The notes beneath the pieces were generated by a model. That model was not told the origin of the DNA. It was given only the letters and a program-made list of their open reading frames with translations, and did not search any database. The position numbers were made by a program, and so were the translations under genes. Below are positions 27,537 to 37,663 of a stretch of DNA of 64,000 nt, one piece after another; position 1 is the stretch's first letter; each line of letters opens with the position of its first letter. The stretch covers positions 14,368 through 78,367 of the forward strand of contig JBLIRO010000004.1 in assembly GCA_049472335.1 (NCBI GenBank), given 5' to 3'. The DNA comes from a bacterium (GTDB taxonomy: Bacteria; SZUA-182; DTGQ01; JAFGSM01).

Positions 27537-28310
27537 ATGAACCTAAAAATACGAATGACATCCTTTAAACATATCCTGATAATCATTGGCATAATGATTT
27601 TTATGCTAGGGAGTGTGTCTGTTAATGAAATATATGGTTACTATAGTCTACCGGAAATATTTGCATTTTCGAGGATAGGATTTCCGTTAATGAGCTATGG
27701 ATTGTCAGGAATCCCTTTATATAATTATTTCTCAACCCCATATTTTATCGGAGGAAACCATAACCTCACTTTTGGATTAAGTAATGTATCTCTGCAGGGT
27801 CTTTTAAACCAACCATACTGCATGGGAAGCTTCTACGGACCAAACGGCGTGCCTGGTCTTTATGGTTTGTCAAGCCTGTATGGCCTCAATACACTTAATT
27901 CGCTAAGCCTTGGTTTGCATAACTCAGGATTTGCCGGAAATTTAATTACTATGAATCTGAATAGTCAACTTTTTGCAGCGGAGCAGGCAGGGACATGGAC
28001 CGGCACATGGAACCTTGGTTTTCTATTTGGAACAATGATAATGAATCTCCAGGAAGCCATAACAGGCTCCCTAAGTGGAACTGCTCAGTTAATTGGTAAT
28101 CTAACCTTTGGCGGGATCTTCAATGTCTATGGTTCATCAGATCCAACTTTTTTATACCTGACTGGTCAAGACCCAACCCTTACCTACGCTGTGACCATAC
28201 AGGGCATCCTCACAACTCCAGGTACTATGGAAGGATTCTATAGTATTTATAAAATCGGAGCAACAGTACCAAAAGAGACAGGTACGTTTAGTCTAGAACT
28301 TCTCATTTGA
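27537..28310 (+). CDS. Secreted Gly/Tyr-containing protein (about 258 aa), paralogue of the upstream gene, with the C-terminal AEQAGTW domain
   Basis: AAGGAGG at 27521-27527, then ATG at 27531 or 27537. Signal peptide ending NEIYG. Contains a GLYGLSSLYGLNTLNSL segment. The C-terminal block LFAAEQAGTWTGTWNLGF…GTAQL…GILTTPGTMEGFYSI…GTFSLELLI aligns with FIAEQAGTWMGIWTNGL…GTAQL…GILTATDTMTGNYSI…GRFNLVLI. Confidence 0.75.
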   Translation: MNLKIRMTSFKHILIIIGIMIFMLGSVSVNEIYGYYSLPEIFAFSRIGFPLMSYGLSGIPLYNYFSTPYFIGGNHNLTFGLSNVSLQGLLNQPYCMGSFYGPNGVPGLYGLSSLYGLNTLNSLSLGLHNSGFAGNLITMNLNSQLFAAEQAGTWTGTWNLGFLFGTMIMNLQEAITGSLSGTAQLIGNLTFGGIFNVYGSSDPTFLYLTGQDPTLTYAVTIQGILTTPGTMEGFYSIYKIGATVPKETGTFSLELLI

Positions 28311-28336
28311 ATTTAAAATGGAAGATCCGCCAAGAT

Positions 28337-28376
28337 AAAGGGCCTTCCGGAGGACATCGGCCTTCGGAAAGGCCCT
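28337..28376. terminator. Bidirectional hairpin terminator between convergent genes
   Basis: AAGGGCCTTCCG … CGGAAAGGCCCTT (one bulge), flanked by T-rich tracts on both strands. Confidence 0.55.
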
Positions 28377-28440
28377 TGTTTATTAATAAACAGAGTTGCA
28401 TTTTAACAATTCCATCTAGATTACGGACGAAAAATAATTA

Positions 28441-29757
28441 TTACCATTTTGAGATCAGTGAAATAAGAAATCGTGCATAATTTGGTATTTTTTCTTGATC
28501 AAAACTTGTTTTTTTGCTTGACATTTGGCCAGCTATATCTAATTGCAGCCACTCTAATCCGAAACCCAGGCCGGCTGTAAATATAGCACCTTCTTCACTA
28601 TCCCTTATATTACGCATTACTCCCGCTCTAAGGAATAACCATTTATTGGGATTGAAGTTTAATCCGCCCCCGATAAACTGGGATTCGTATCCGGGGATAA
28701 AGGTATTGTTTTTGGTCAGATCTGCATCAATAGCTAGCATAATTCGATCGTACCAGAAATTGTAGCTTATTCCTGTCCTTACCTGTGGTTTTAGTTCGAG
28801 TGTATTACCTGTCTTTGTCTTAAATTGCGGTGTATTTAAGTTTTTAATTACCAGCCCAAGCGCTAATTTTTCTATTTTGGGCGGCTTATATAAAGCACCT
28901 AAGTCAATCCCCCAACTGATGCTCGATTTTCCACAATCACTGAGTTCACTATCTATCTCCCCTGATTTTGTATCTATATTGATCTTCTCATCAAAGGCAT
29001 AACCAGGCATAATTTTAACAGATGCACCAAGATTTAACACTCCTGGTGCCGATTTAAATTTTCTGGCATGGGAAAAGAAGATTTCGGTATATGCCAGGCC
29101 TGTGAGTTTCATATAGGTAAGATCATTATCCAGGGCATATTCCATTGAGCGTAGGGCATATGCATTTGCATCACTCAAAGTATACATATCGGTTGTTTCG
29201 TTATATTCGAAATATTGACCGAATAACGGGTCCTGAATGATTAAATCCAATCTTTGATCGTCAATGACTGCATATGCGGAAGCCTCTGAAATACCATTAA
29301 TCCCGAACCCGAAATTGTACATTTGTATGCCTAATGTTGCCGAAGGCATTAATTGAAGGCCGTTTTTTGCGGATACAGATCTGAGAATGTTTTTGATTTC
29401 TGAGATATTGTTGCGATCTTCAATAGTATTCGAGCCGGGGAAAGTGAAGACATTGTTTTTTATATTTTGAATGGTTTCATCTATTCCTATTTCTGATAAC
29501 CGGTCGATATGCCGGGTAATATTTATTTCTCTAATACCTCCGCCGACGGGGAAATCAATATGCGTATCATATAAGTTTTCCAATAAAAGAGCTGAGTTAT
29601 AATAACTTGCTGTCCCCCCCCGGGCCGCAGCTACCCCGGCCCCGCCCATTGATAAAGGTTCAAAACCGATTGGCTGAAACTCAACGGCATAAACTGATGT
29701 TGACAGGAAAATAAAAGTTAAGAGACATAAAGAGGTCTTAAAAAATTGTTTAGCCAT
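28441..29757 (-). CDS. Outer-membrane beta-barrel protein (TraF_2/FadL-like family, tentative)
   Basis: Signal peptide ending VYA. N-terminal motif LSMGGAGVAAARGGTASYYNSALL is typical of this barrel family. Alternating beta pattern and C-terminal …LISLISKW. Confidence 0.6.
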   Translation of the reverse strand: MAKQFFKTSLCLLTFIFLSTSVYAVEFQPIGFEPLSMGGAGVAAARGGTASYYNSALLLENLYDTHIDFPVGGGIREINITRHIDRLSEIGIDETIQNIKNNVFTFPGSNTIEDRNNISEIKNILRSVSAKNGLQLMPSATLGIQMYNFGFGINGISEASAYAVIDDQRLDLIIQDPLFGQYFEYNETTDMYTLSDANAYALRSMEYALDNDLTYMKLTGLAYTEIFFSHARKFKSAPGVLNLGASVKIMPGYAFDEKINIDTKSGEIDSELSDCGKSSISWGIDLGALYKPPKIEKLALGLVIKNLNTPQFKTKTGNTLELKPQVRTGISYNFWYDRIMLAIDADLTKNNTFIPGYESQFIGGGLNFNPNKWLFLRAGVMRNIRDSEEGAIFTAGLGFGLEWLQLDIAGQMSSKKTSFDQEKIPNYARFLISLISKW

Positions 29758-30011
29758 TATTATACCCCCCTCTAAATTAATAATCGGTTAAGAAATAAAA
29801 AATACACAATCGTAAGATCTTTCTTGTCATAAAGACCCGATCTCCGCTTAATCTCTTTCAAACAACTAAAAGTCCATATATTTTTTTGGTTTTTGCCGAT
29901 TATAATTTATATAATATATTAAAAACATAGTTCATAAAAAGGAACTTATAAAGGGGCAAGAAATGTCAAAGTCAGTGCCCGTATTCATAAAACAGGAGGA
30001 GGGGAAAATCA

Positions 30012-30506
30012 ATGGAACTTGAAAAGGTTGAATCAAAAGAAATAACTCACGACCAGGAAAATAATGAAGAAGAATCATTAAGAATTCCATTGGTAAGAGA
30101 TCTCATGTCTACGGATCTTTTTACTCTAAGTACGGATGATAATTTAAAAACCCTTGAAGACATGATGAAATGGAGAGCGATAAGACATATACCCGTTGTG
30201 GATGAAGAAAAACGTGTGGTTGGACTTGTCACACACAGGGATCTGTTGAAATACTCTATTTCAGGATTTGCTAGTGTGGCTGAAGATGAAAAAGACGCCC
30301 TTAACAGAAGTATCCCTGTGTCTTCAATCATGAAAACGAATATACAGACTGTTCCTCCTGAGTTAACCCTGCAAGATGCAGCGAAACTGATGCTTAAATA
30401 CAAATTTGGATGCCTCCCGATTGTTGAAAATGAAAAGCTTGTTGGTATCATTACAGAGGCCGATTTCTTAAAATTTTTTGTTGAAAGAGATGTGTTTTCG
30501 GAATAA
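30012..30506 (+). CDS. CBS-domain pair protein
   Basis: Two CBS repeats (VRDLMSTDLFTL…IRHIPVVDEEKRVVGLVTHRDLL and SIMKTNIQTV…GCLPIVENEKLVGIITEADFL). GGAGG RBS. Confidence 0.85.
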   Translation: MELEKVESKEITHDQENNEEESLRIPLVRDLMSTDLFTLSTDDNLKTLEDMMKWRAIRHIPVVDEEKRVVGLVTHRDLLKYSISGFASVAEDEKDALNRSIPVSSIMKTNIQTVPPELTLQDAAKLMLKYKFGCLPIVENEKLVGIITEADFLKFFVERDVFSE

Positions 30507-30541
30507 TCCAGGGGACAATAATAGGCTTAAATAAAATTATT

Positions 30542-31612
30542 TTACTTGAAATCTTCGAAATACTCGATATCAGCATTATCGCGGAGTTTGAACAAATACT
30601 CGCGAATATATAAATCTCTTTTTTGCCTTTTTAGGAAAGAGACAATCTTATTCTGAACTTGTTCAAAAGGAACTGCTTGTGCGGGCTTATAATCAGTTAG
30701 CTTTATAAGATGATATCCATATATAGTTTCAACTATTTCACTTATTTCACCAACCTTTAAATTAAAGGCCGTATCTTCGAATGGTCTGACCATTTTACCC
30801 CTTTTGAAAAATCCCAGGTCGCCTCCCCTTGATTTACTCTCACAATCTGAGTGCTTGCGAGCCAGTTCCGAAAAATCCGCTCCCTTTTCGATCTCTTTCT
30901 TCAATCGGGAGAGCTTGTTTCGTTCTTCCTTTCTCTTATCCAAACTCTCTTTAGAAGAAACGGTGATTAAGATATGACTTGCTCTTACACGTTCCGGTAT
31001 CTGAAAATTTTCGGAATTAGTATGGTAAAATTCCTCAACCTCTTCATTGTTCACTTCTGAAACTGATGGTATGTGAAGATCTAAAAGCATCTTAATCTTC
31101 AAATCATATTCAATTTCCTGACGAAGTTTTTCTTCTGAAATCCCCAGGTGTGCAAGTTGTTGACGGAATTTTTTATGAGAGGAAAAATGCTTTTTGATCT
31201 CTGCTATACGCATATCTATAATTTCTTTCTCAGGACGAATATTCTCACGTTCTGCTTGTTGAAAAAGAATTGTCCTATTGATTACGTTTTCCAATGCCTG
31301 TCTCCATAATTTTGAATTAAATTCATTTGTTTTTTCCGGAAAAGCCATGTTTTGAAATTCTTGAAAAAGATTATCCATCTCTCTATCTACTTCTGTACGC
31401 GTGACAACTGTGTCATTTATTCTGGCAAGGACAGAATCCTTATCCTGAGAATTAATATAAGGGAAAGTAGAAAAATTATCAGATTCGGATAATTCTTCCA
31501 AGGATAAACCGGGAGAGAGAGTATCAGGCTTTTTTTGATTTAAGCTGTTGAAAATTAAATATCCAAATACAAAAATGAGCAGTAAATATTTTATATTCCT
31601 TTTCATCTTCAT
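30542..31612 (-). CDS. Parvulin-type peptidyl-prolyl cis-trans isomerase (SurA/PrsA-like)
   Basis: N-terminal anchor or signal, a SurA-like chaperone region, and a PpiC domain (RASHILI … SRGGDLGFFKRGKMVRPFEDTAF … GYHLIKL). Confidence 0.85.
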   Translation of the reverse strand: MKMKRNIKYLLLIFVFGYLIFNSLNQKKPDTLSPGLSLEELSESDNFSTFPYINSQDKDSVLARINDTVVTRTEVDREMDNLFQEFQNMAFPEKTNEFNSKLWRQALENVINRTILFQQAERENIRPEKEIIDMRIAEIKKHFSSHKKFRQQLAHLGISEEKLRQEIEYDLKIKMLLDLHIPSVSEVNNEEVEEFYHTNSENFQIPERVRASHILITVSSKESLDKRKEERNKLSRLKKEIEKGADFSELARKHSDCESKSRGGDLGFFKRGKMVRPFEDTAFNLKVGEISEIVETIYGYHLIKLTDYKPAQAVPFEQVQNKIVSFLKRQKRDLYIREYLFKLRDNADIEYFEDFK

Positions 31613-31857
31613 TCTGATATAAAGTTATTCCTTATTAGTTTATAAAATGTTATACAAAATTTCCACTCTCTTTTTTTTCGGCAGCATAAGGGGTATTTTA
31701 CTAAAGAGACCTTTAATGCGTCTACAGGGTAAATTTCTATATTATCTAAAAGTGATGTCATCTTTAAATTTTTCTGACCGAAGTAAACGCAACCCGATGC
31801 CGATAAACAGTTAGGCATGATAAATTTACCCTTTTTAAAGAAAAGGAGATTATAACC

Positions 31858-32079
31858 ATGCATAAGATGGAAGAATATCCCAGAACAATTTATACACATT
31901 CAGTAAAGAATGGATCTAAGATGAATAGTGTTAGGTTAAGTCCAAATGTGGATGAATGGGTTGGAATAGATCAATGGATTTCTTCTGCAATTGAGTGGAA
32001 AAGGCGAGAAATTATAAAACAACAAATGACTAGTCATATCAACAAGATGAAAACACTCCGATTTAAATATCAGGAATAA
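31858..32079 (+). CDS. Hypothetical small protein (73 aa)
   Basis: AAGGAG lies 9 nt upstream of the ATG. No homology recognised. Confidence 0.3.
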   Translation: MHKMEEYPRTIYTHSVKNGSKMNSVRLSPNVDEWVGIDQWISSAIEWKRREIIKQQMTSHINKMKTLRFKYQE

Positions 32080-32159
32080 ACCCTTTTTGAGCTCTAAAGT
32101 GAAAAGCTTTCAATACAAATGCTTTTTTTCATTTTATTTAGGATGGACATAGAGTTTGA

Positions 32160-33158
32160 ATGAAAGTTCAAGACCTACATATAGAAACGGGAATATATAA
32201 TAAAAGGGGTAAAATGAAACCAGAACCCCTGACCCTTCTTTATTCAATTCTCAAGGATGATATAGATAATGTTTCAGATCTTGAGAATTTCCTCCAGAAC
32301 GTAGTGCAAGTTGCTGCGGGCATTGTCTCTGCTCATAGTTCCAAACTGGTCTTATATAGAGCAAAGGAAATGGAAAAGACCTCATCCCTGATCGATCCGG
32401 ATAAAATCAGCAGAACGGATAATTCAATTAATATACCTCTTTTCTTAAGAGGACTCGATCATCCTATGGGATACATTGAGGTAAATGGTAAAAGGGATGG
32501 AAGTCCTTTTGATTTGAAAGATGAAGTTTTCTTATCCATGATGGGCCGTCAGGCGACACTTAAGATCGAGAACGACCTTTTTTACCGAGGTATCTATGAT
32601 AATATGATCGAGATGTTAAAGACTATGGTCAATATCATAGAATCAAGAGATCCCTACATAAGATGCCATTCTTCGAGAGTAACTCAATATGCGTTAAAGA
32701 TTGCCATAGACATTAATCTTTCGATTCAGGAATTGAACATATTAAGAATAGCCAGCTTACTACATGATATAGGAAAAATTGGAATACCGGATTCCATTTT
32801 GATTAAAGAAGGAAAATTGACTCGTGAGGAGTGGAGTAAAATAAAAACCCATTGTTTGATAGGGGAAAATATTGTAAAGCCTTTAGCATTCCTCTCTCAG
32901 GAGGGGAAAATCATTCGAAGTCATCATGAATGTTATGATGGAAGTGGGTATCCGGATGGATTAAAAGGTGATGAGATCCCTCTAAGTGCCAGGATAATCT
33001 CTGTTGCAGATTCCTATGATGCAATGACTTCACATAGGCCTTACAGGAGAGCTAAATCACCCAGGAAAAGTCTGGACGAGATTATTAAACTCAAAGGAAT
33101 CAAATACGATCCAAGGATTGTCCAATCCTTCAAAAAATGCCTTGAAAGACAAGAATGA
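32160..33158 (+). CDS. HD-GYP domain phosphodiesterase with an N-terminal GAF-like sensor
   Basis: HD motif LLHDIGKIGIPDSIL and HHECYDGSGYPDGLKG (GYP). Confidence 0.85.
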   Translation: MKVQDLHIETGIYNKRGKMKPEPLTLLYSILKDDIDNVSDLENFLQNVVQVAAGIVSAHSSKLVLYRAKEMEKTSSLIDPDKISRTDNSINIPLFLRGLDHPMGYIEVNGKRDGSPFDLKDEVFLSMMGRQATLKIENDLFYRGIYDNMIEMLKTMVNIIESRDPYIRCHSSRVTQYALKIAIDINLSIQELNILRIASLLHDIGKIGIPDSILIKEGKLTREEWSKIKTHCLIGENIVKPLAFLSQEGKIIRSHHECYDGSGYPDGLKGDEIPLSARIISVADSYDAMTSHRPYRRAKSPRKSLDEIIKLKGIKYDPRIVQSFKKCLERQE

Positions 33159-33222
33159 AAACCTCTGTATATCTTTATAATTTTTTCCCGATTTTTTGTT
33201 AGTAATTTTTTTACTTTCTCTC

Positions 33223-33251
33223 TTGACATTTTTATCGAAACGTAATATCCT
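33223..33251 (+). promoter_or_regulatory. Sigma70-type promoter of the cold-shock gene
   Basis: TTGACA (33223-33228), 17-nt spacer, TATCCT (33246-33251). This leaves a 5' UTR of about 70 nt, consistent with the long leaders of csp genes. Confidence 0.45.
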
Positions 33252-33326
33252 TGAATTATAGGGGGTGTCTAAGGTTAATCTTGGTGTTATGGGTTTCCTG
33301 TGTTAAGAGGGAAAAGGGGGGACATC

Positions 33327-33536
33327 ATGGCTAGTACAGGTAAGGTTAAGTGGTTTAATGACAACAAGGGTTATGGATTCATAGAGCAGGAGTCCGGACA
33401 GGATGTATTTGTCCACTATTCTGCCATTCAGGCTGAGGGATTCAAGTCTTTAAAAGAAGGCGAATCCGTTCAGTTTGAACTTATTAATGGCCCTAAGGGA
33501 CCTCAGGCACAAAATGTGATAAAGGTCCAATTATAG
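33327..33536 (+). CDS. Cold-shock protein (CspA family)
   Basis: [34 protein letters not shown] carries the RNP1 (KGYGFI) and RNP2 (VFVHY) motifs. A G-rich RBS precedes the ATG at 33327; the track start is an upstream GTG. Confidence 0.95.
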   Translation: MASTGKVKWFNDNKGYGFIEQESGQDVFVHYSAIQAEGFKSLKEGESVQFELINGPKGPQAQNVIKVQL

Positions 33537-33840
33537 CCAAAGACACCTTTCCAAAAATTCTCAATTAAATAATTTTTTTAATAAGGGGGGCTTAATATAT
33601 ATTAGAATTAAGAGCTGCATAAAAGAGTGACTATTATAGATATTTAAGCTAGAGAGGCTGTTGGAAAACCATAGATCACTTTCCTAGTAAGTCAATTAAG
33701 TAAAAAATAGTTAAAGAGGCCAAGATTTTAAATTTGTGTTTTTCAACAGCCTCTTTAGCTTTTATTTAAATAAATTCAATTGAAAACGCGATAAGCTGAT
33801 TAAAAGGGATATTTGAGAAAATAGATTTTTTATTAAATAA

Positions 33841-34194
33841 TCAGCCCTCAATCGGACGGTTATTTTCATCCACACGAACAATTTTGGGCTTATGCCTTGA
33901 CAATTCTTTTTTGGTTAACTGAGCATAAGTGACTATTATGAGTTCATCTCCTAGATTTATCTTTCGGGCGGCGGCACCCAATATTTTAATTCTGCCAGAA
34001 CCTTTTTCTTCAGCAATAGCATAAGTTGATAGCCTTTCACCATTTGTTATATCATAAATATAAACCTTTTCTCCAGGCTGGATTCCTACGCATTCCATAA
34101 GAAGGGCATCTATCCCAAGGCTTCCCTCATAATCCAATTGGTGATCAGTTACCTTGGCCCTATGTATCTTACTATATAAAAAAGTGCGAAGCAT
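33841..34194 (-). CDS. panD: Aspartate 1-decarboxylase
   Basis: MLRTFLYSKIHRAKVTDHQLDYEGSLGID includes the G-S self-cleavage site. Located in a panDCB cluster. Confidence 0.95.
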   Translation of the reverse strand: MLRTFLYSKIHRAKVTDHQLDYEGSLGIDALLMECVGIQPGEKVYIYDITNGERLSTYAIAEEKGSGRIKILGAAARKINLGDELIIVTYAQLTKKELSRHKPKIVRVDENNRPIEG

Positions 34195-34266
34195 TCTATT
34201 ATTGTCCTTTCTTAGTATCATTTACAAAAAGAAAATATTCTAACCTTTTAAGATTAAATCAAAAGA

Positions 34267-35133
34267 TCAATCTATTTTCAAGATGGTATTATCGATCAGT
34301 CGGGTTTTACCGATTTTTACGGCAAGAGCCATAAGCGCCTTGTTCTCAATTTTCTCTAAAGGAGATAAATCCTCAATATGGCAGACTGCCAGATATTCTA
34401 ATGTTGTCAGAGGCTCCTCTTTTATAATGGCTTTGGCTTGATCCATAAGGATTTTTGATTCTCTTTCACCTTTATTAAACAGGATTTCCGCCCGTTGTAT
34501 TGCTTTATAAAGACATAAGGCGGCCTTACGCTCACTGCCGGAAAGATATATGTTGCGAGAGCTCATTGCCAGGCCGTCCTTTTCACGAACAATGGGCAAT
34601 ATTCTGATATTGATTTTAAAATTCAAGTCATCAACCATTTTTTTGATTATTATTGCTTGCTGGGCGTCCTTTTGTCCAAAATAGGCAAAATCAGGTGTAA
34701 TGATATTGAACAGTTTACACACAACTGTTGTTACCCCCTGGAAATGACCAGGTCTGCTTGCGCCACAAAGCTTTTCACCTAATTCCTCGACCTTTACACA
34801 GGTAAGAAATCCTGATGGATACATCTCCTCTGTTGTCGGGCAGAATATCATATCCACACCAGCATCTTTTGCCAGTTCCATATCCCTGTTCAGATCTCTG
34901 GGATATCTGTCGAAGTCCTCAGACGGACCGAACTGGGTCGGGTTTACGAAAAGGCTTACAACGACGTAATCAGTTTCTTCCTTGGCTGCCCTCATTAAAC
35001 TAAGATGTCCTTGATGAAAGTATCCCATAGTCGGAACAAGACTTATGGTCATGCCATCTTTATGTATTTCAGCGACTTTTTTTTGCATTTGCGCTGTTTT
35101 ATTTATCAGTTCAATCTCTCTTGGTTGAATCAT
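34267..35133 (-). CDS. panC: Pantoate--beta-alanine ligase
   Basis: VPTMGYFHQGHLSLMR (HIGH-type motif), FGQKDAQQ, and family length. Confidence 0.95.
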   Translation of the reverse strand: MIQPREIELINKTAQMQKKVAEIHKDGMTISLVPTMGYFHQGHLSLMRAAKEETDYVVVSLFVNPTQFGPSEDFDRYPRDLNRDMELAKDAGVDMIFCPTTEEMYPSGFLTCVKVEELGEKLCGASRPGHFQGVTTVVCKLFNIITPDFAYFGQKDAQQAIIIKKMVDDLNFKINIRILPIVREKDGLAMSSRNIYLSGSERKAALCLYKAIQRAEILFNKGERESKILMDQAKAIIKEEPLTTLEYLAVCHIEDLSPLEKIENKALMALAVKIGKTRLIDNTILKID

Positions 35134-35138
35134 GTTTT

Positions 35139-35939
35139 TTAATATGTATAATCTTCAGAAGGAAAAGCCCCGGATTGCACTTCTTTTTTAAATGATTCCA
35201 AGGATTTAGTTATGGTTTCATAAAGGTTTGCATATTGTTTAACGAATTTGGGCGGTTTTTTACCTGTAAATCCAAGAAGATCATGGATTACAAGCACCTG
35301 TCCGTCACAAAAAATCCCGGCGCCTATACCTATTGTGGGTATTGATAAGGAATTTGTAATCCTTAAAGCCAGGTCTTTAGGAATACCTTCCAGCACAATG
35401 GCAAAAACCCCTGCCTCTTCCAATTTTTTTGCTCCACCCACAAGAAGTTCCGCTTTGTCCTGATCCCTTCCCTGAACCCTAAATCCTCCCATCTGATGAA
35501 TAAGCTGCGGTGTCAACCCTATATGTCCCATAACGGCTATTCCTGCTTCCACAATGGACCTGGTAATGTCTATCATATACTGACCACATCCTTCGAGCTT
35601 AATAGCCGCTGCGCCACCTTCCTTTATAAACCGTCCGGCATTTTTTATCGCCTCAAAAGATCCCAGATTATAAGACATAAATGGCATATCTCCAATTACC
35701 AGCGCCTCGCTTGCACCCCGGCTTACGGCCTTTGTATGGTGAAGCATCTCGTCCATAGTTACGGACAAGGTGTTTGGATATCCAAGCATGACCATTCCGA
35801 GAGAGTCTCCCACCAGAAGTATATCTATCCCAGCTTGATCCAGAATCCGGGCAGTTGGGTAATCATAGGCCGTCAACATTGTTATTTTTTCACCTTTTGT
35901 CTTTTTCTCTTTTAATAATGGTATTGTCACCTTGGCCAT
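35139..35939 (-). CDS. panB: 3-methyl-2-oxobutanoate hydroxymethyltransferase
   Basis: MLTAYDYPTA, VGDSLGMV, IKLEG, HIGLTPQ. Confidence 0.95.
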   Translation of the reverse strand: MAKVTIPLLKEKKTKGEKITMLTAYDYPTARILDQAGIDILLVGDSLGMVMLGYPNTLSVTMDEMLHHTKAVSRGASEALVIGDMPFMSYNLGSFEAIKNAGRFIKEGGAAAIKLEGCGQYMIDITRSIVEAGIAVMGHIGLTPQLIHQMGGFRVQGRDQDKAELLVGGAKKLEEAGVFAIVLEGIPKDLALRITNSLSIPTIGIGAGIFCDGQVLVIHDLLGFTGKKPPKFVKQYANLYETITKSLESFKKEVQSGAFPSEDYTY

Positions 35940-35972
35940 ATTTTCTCCTTTCTTTTCTTTGGTTCCTTTATA

Positions 35973-36467
35973 TCATACCTTTTTTACCAGATCTACGGCT
36001 GAAGAGTCAATCAGAATTTTGCTAATACTTTCACCCAGGGAAGGGTGAATCAGAGATGGAGCGATTTCTGCCAGAGGGACAAGAACAAATCTGCGTTTTG
36101 TTAGATGGGGATGTGGAATTGTCAGGGAGGAATGGACTATGAGTAGATCAGCATATAATAGAATATCAATATCAATTGTCCTTGGTCCCCATTTTACGAC
36201 TCTTTTTCTTCCCATGTCATCTTCTATTTTTTGTATTGCCTTTAATAAATCCAGGGGGGAAAGGGATGTTTCTATCTGAATTACCTGATTGATAAACCAA
36301 CCCTGTTTTTTATATCCGACAGGCTCAGTTTCATAGAATGATGAGAATGAGTTAATCTTTATGTGAGGATGCCTGGAAAGGGCCGCGGCTGCAATTTCCA
36401 GATTTTTAATCCTGTTTCCAAGATTTGATCCTATCCCAAGATAGGAATTGACTTGTTGTGAATTCAA
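35973..36467 (-). CDS. folK: 2-amino-4-hydroxy-6-hydroxymethyldihydropteridine diphosphokinase
   Basis: YLGIGSNLG, YETEPVG, WGPRTIDIDILLY, PHP…RRFVL. Confidence 0.9.
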   Translation of the reverse strand: MNSQQVNSYLGIGSNLGNRIKNLEIAAAALSRHPHIKINSFSSFYETEPVGYKKQGWFINQVIQIETSLSPLDLLKAIQKIEDDMGRKRVVKWGPRTIDIDILLYADLLIVHSSLTIPHPHLTKRRFVLVPLAEIAPSLIHPSLGESISKILIDSSAVDLVKKV

Positions 36468-36470
36468 GGG

Positions 36471-37643
36471 TTATTCCCAGGGCTTTTTACTAAGGCGTTC
36501 AAGCGCCTTGCCAGTCTGTTCCAAATCGACAGTAAGGGCAATGCGAAAATATCCCTCCCCATGAGAACCGAAACCGATACCAGGGGTGGTAACAATACCG
36601 CATTTTTCTAACAATAAAAGTGAGAAGGAAGTAGAATTGAAGCCCTGGGGGACCTCAACCCAGACATAAAATGTAGCCATCGGTTTATCCAGCTTAAACC
36701 CTAAGTCCGTCAATCCGTTACATAAAAGGTCCCTTCTTTCCTGATAAATTGAAACAGCGCGCAGTATTTCAGTATGCGGACCTGTCAGTGCGGCTATACC
36801 AGCCAATTGAATTGGCTCAAAGATCCCTGAATCCAGGTTTGTTTTGACTCTCCCCAGTCCTTCCAGGATTTGGGGATTTCCCACGGCAAAACCAATCCTC
36901 CATCCTGTCATATTAAAGGTCTTCGAAAGAGAATGAAATTCTATGGCCACATCTTTGGCGCCATCAACCTGGAGGATACTGGGAGGACGAGATCCTTCAT
37001 AAGCAATCTCAGAATAAGCGGCGTCATGGCATATTATAAAATTGTGCTGATGCGCGAGATTGACAACCAGTTGGAAAAATTTATCATCCGCTATCGCAGA
37101 AGTAGGATTATTGGGATAGTTTAAAAACAGGAGCTTACACTGGTTTAATATCCCGGGGGCAAGCGCCTTGAAATCAGGAAGAAATCTATTGCCCTTAAGC
37201 AAGGGCAGAGGATAGGGAATACCTCCCGCAAGGATTACGGAGTTTTGATATACAGGATATCCGGGGTCCGGAACGAGCACCAAGTCTCCGGGATTAATAA
37301 ATGCAAAAGGGATATGACCTATACCTTCTTTTGAGCCTATAAGAGAAAGAACCTCGGTCGCCGGGTCGAGGCTTACCTCAAATCTGGCCTCATACCATTC
37401 ACTTACGGCCTCTCTGAATGAAAGCAGACCTGTATAAGATGGATAGCGATGGTGTTTAGGGTCCTGCGCCGCTGTTGTCAGTCGAGCTATGATATGGTTT
37501 GGTGTCGGCATGTCCGGGTCGCCTATACCCAGATCGATGATGTCCTGTCCTTTGCCAAACGCTTCTTTTTTTAATTTGTCAAGGTGGGCAAAGAGGTAAG
37601 GAGGAAGTTTAATGAGACGTTCAGCAAAGGTATATTCATTCAT
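36471..37643 (-). CDS. dapL: Class I PLP aminotransferase, most likely LL-diaminopimelate aminotransferase
   Basis: N-terminus LPPYLFAHLDKLK…IDLGIGDPDMPTP, NYPNNPT, and the PLP-Lys motif SLSKTFNMTGWRIG. The DapL assignment rests on family resemblance only. Confidence 0.6.
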   Translation of the reverse strand: MNEYTFAERLIKLPPYLFAHLDKLKKEAFGKGQDIIDLGIGDPDMPTPNHIIARLTTAAQDPKHHRYPSYTGLLSFREAVSEWYEARFEVSLDPATEVLSLIGSKEGIGHIPFAFINPGDLVLVPDPGYPVYQNSVILAGGIPYPLPLLKGNRFLPDFKALAPGILNQCKLLFLNYPNNPTSAIADDKFFQLVVNLAHQHNFIICHDAAYSEIAYEGSRPPSILQVDGAKDVAIEFHSLSKTFNMTGWRIGFAVGNPQILEGLGRVKTNLDSGIFEPIQLAGIAALTGPHTEILRAVSIYQERRDLLCNGLTDLGFKLDKPMATFYVWVEVPQGFNSTSFSLLLLEKCGIVTTPGIGFGSHGEGYFRIALTVDLEQTGKALERLSKKPWE

Positions 37644-37663
37644 TTACAATGAACCTTTCTTTT

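Noticed and set aside
31609-31899. 96-aa minus-strand ORF upstream of the parvulin gene.
   Set aside because: It has no RBS, an implausible sequence, and overlaps the better-supported plus-strand small ORF.
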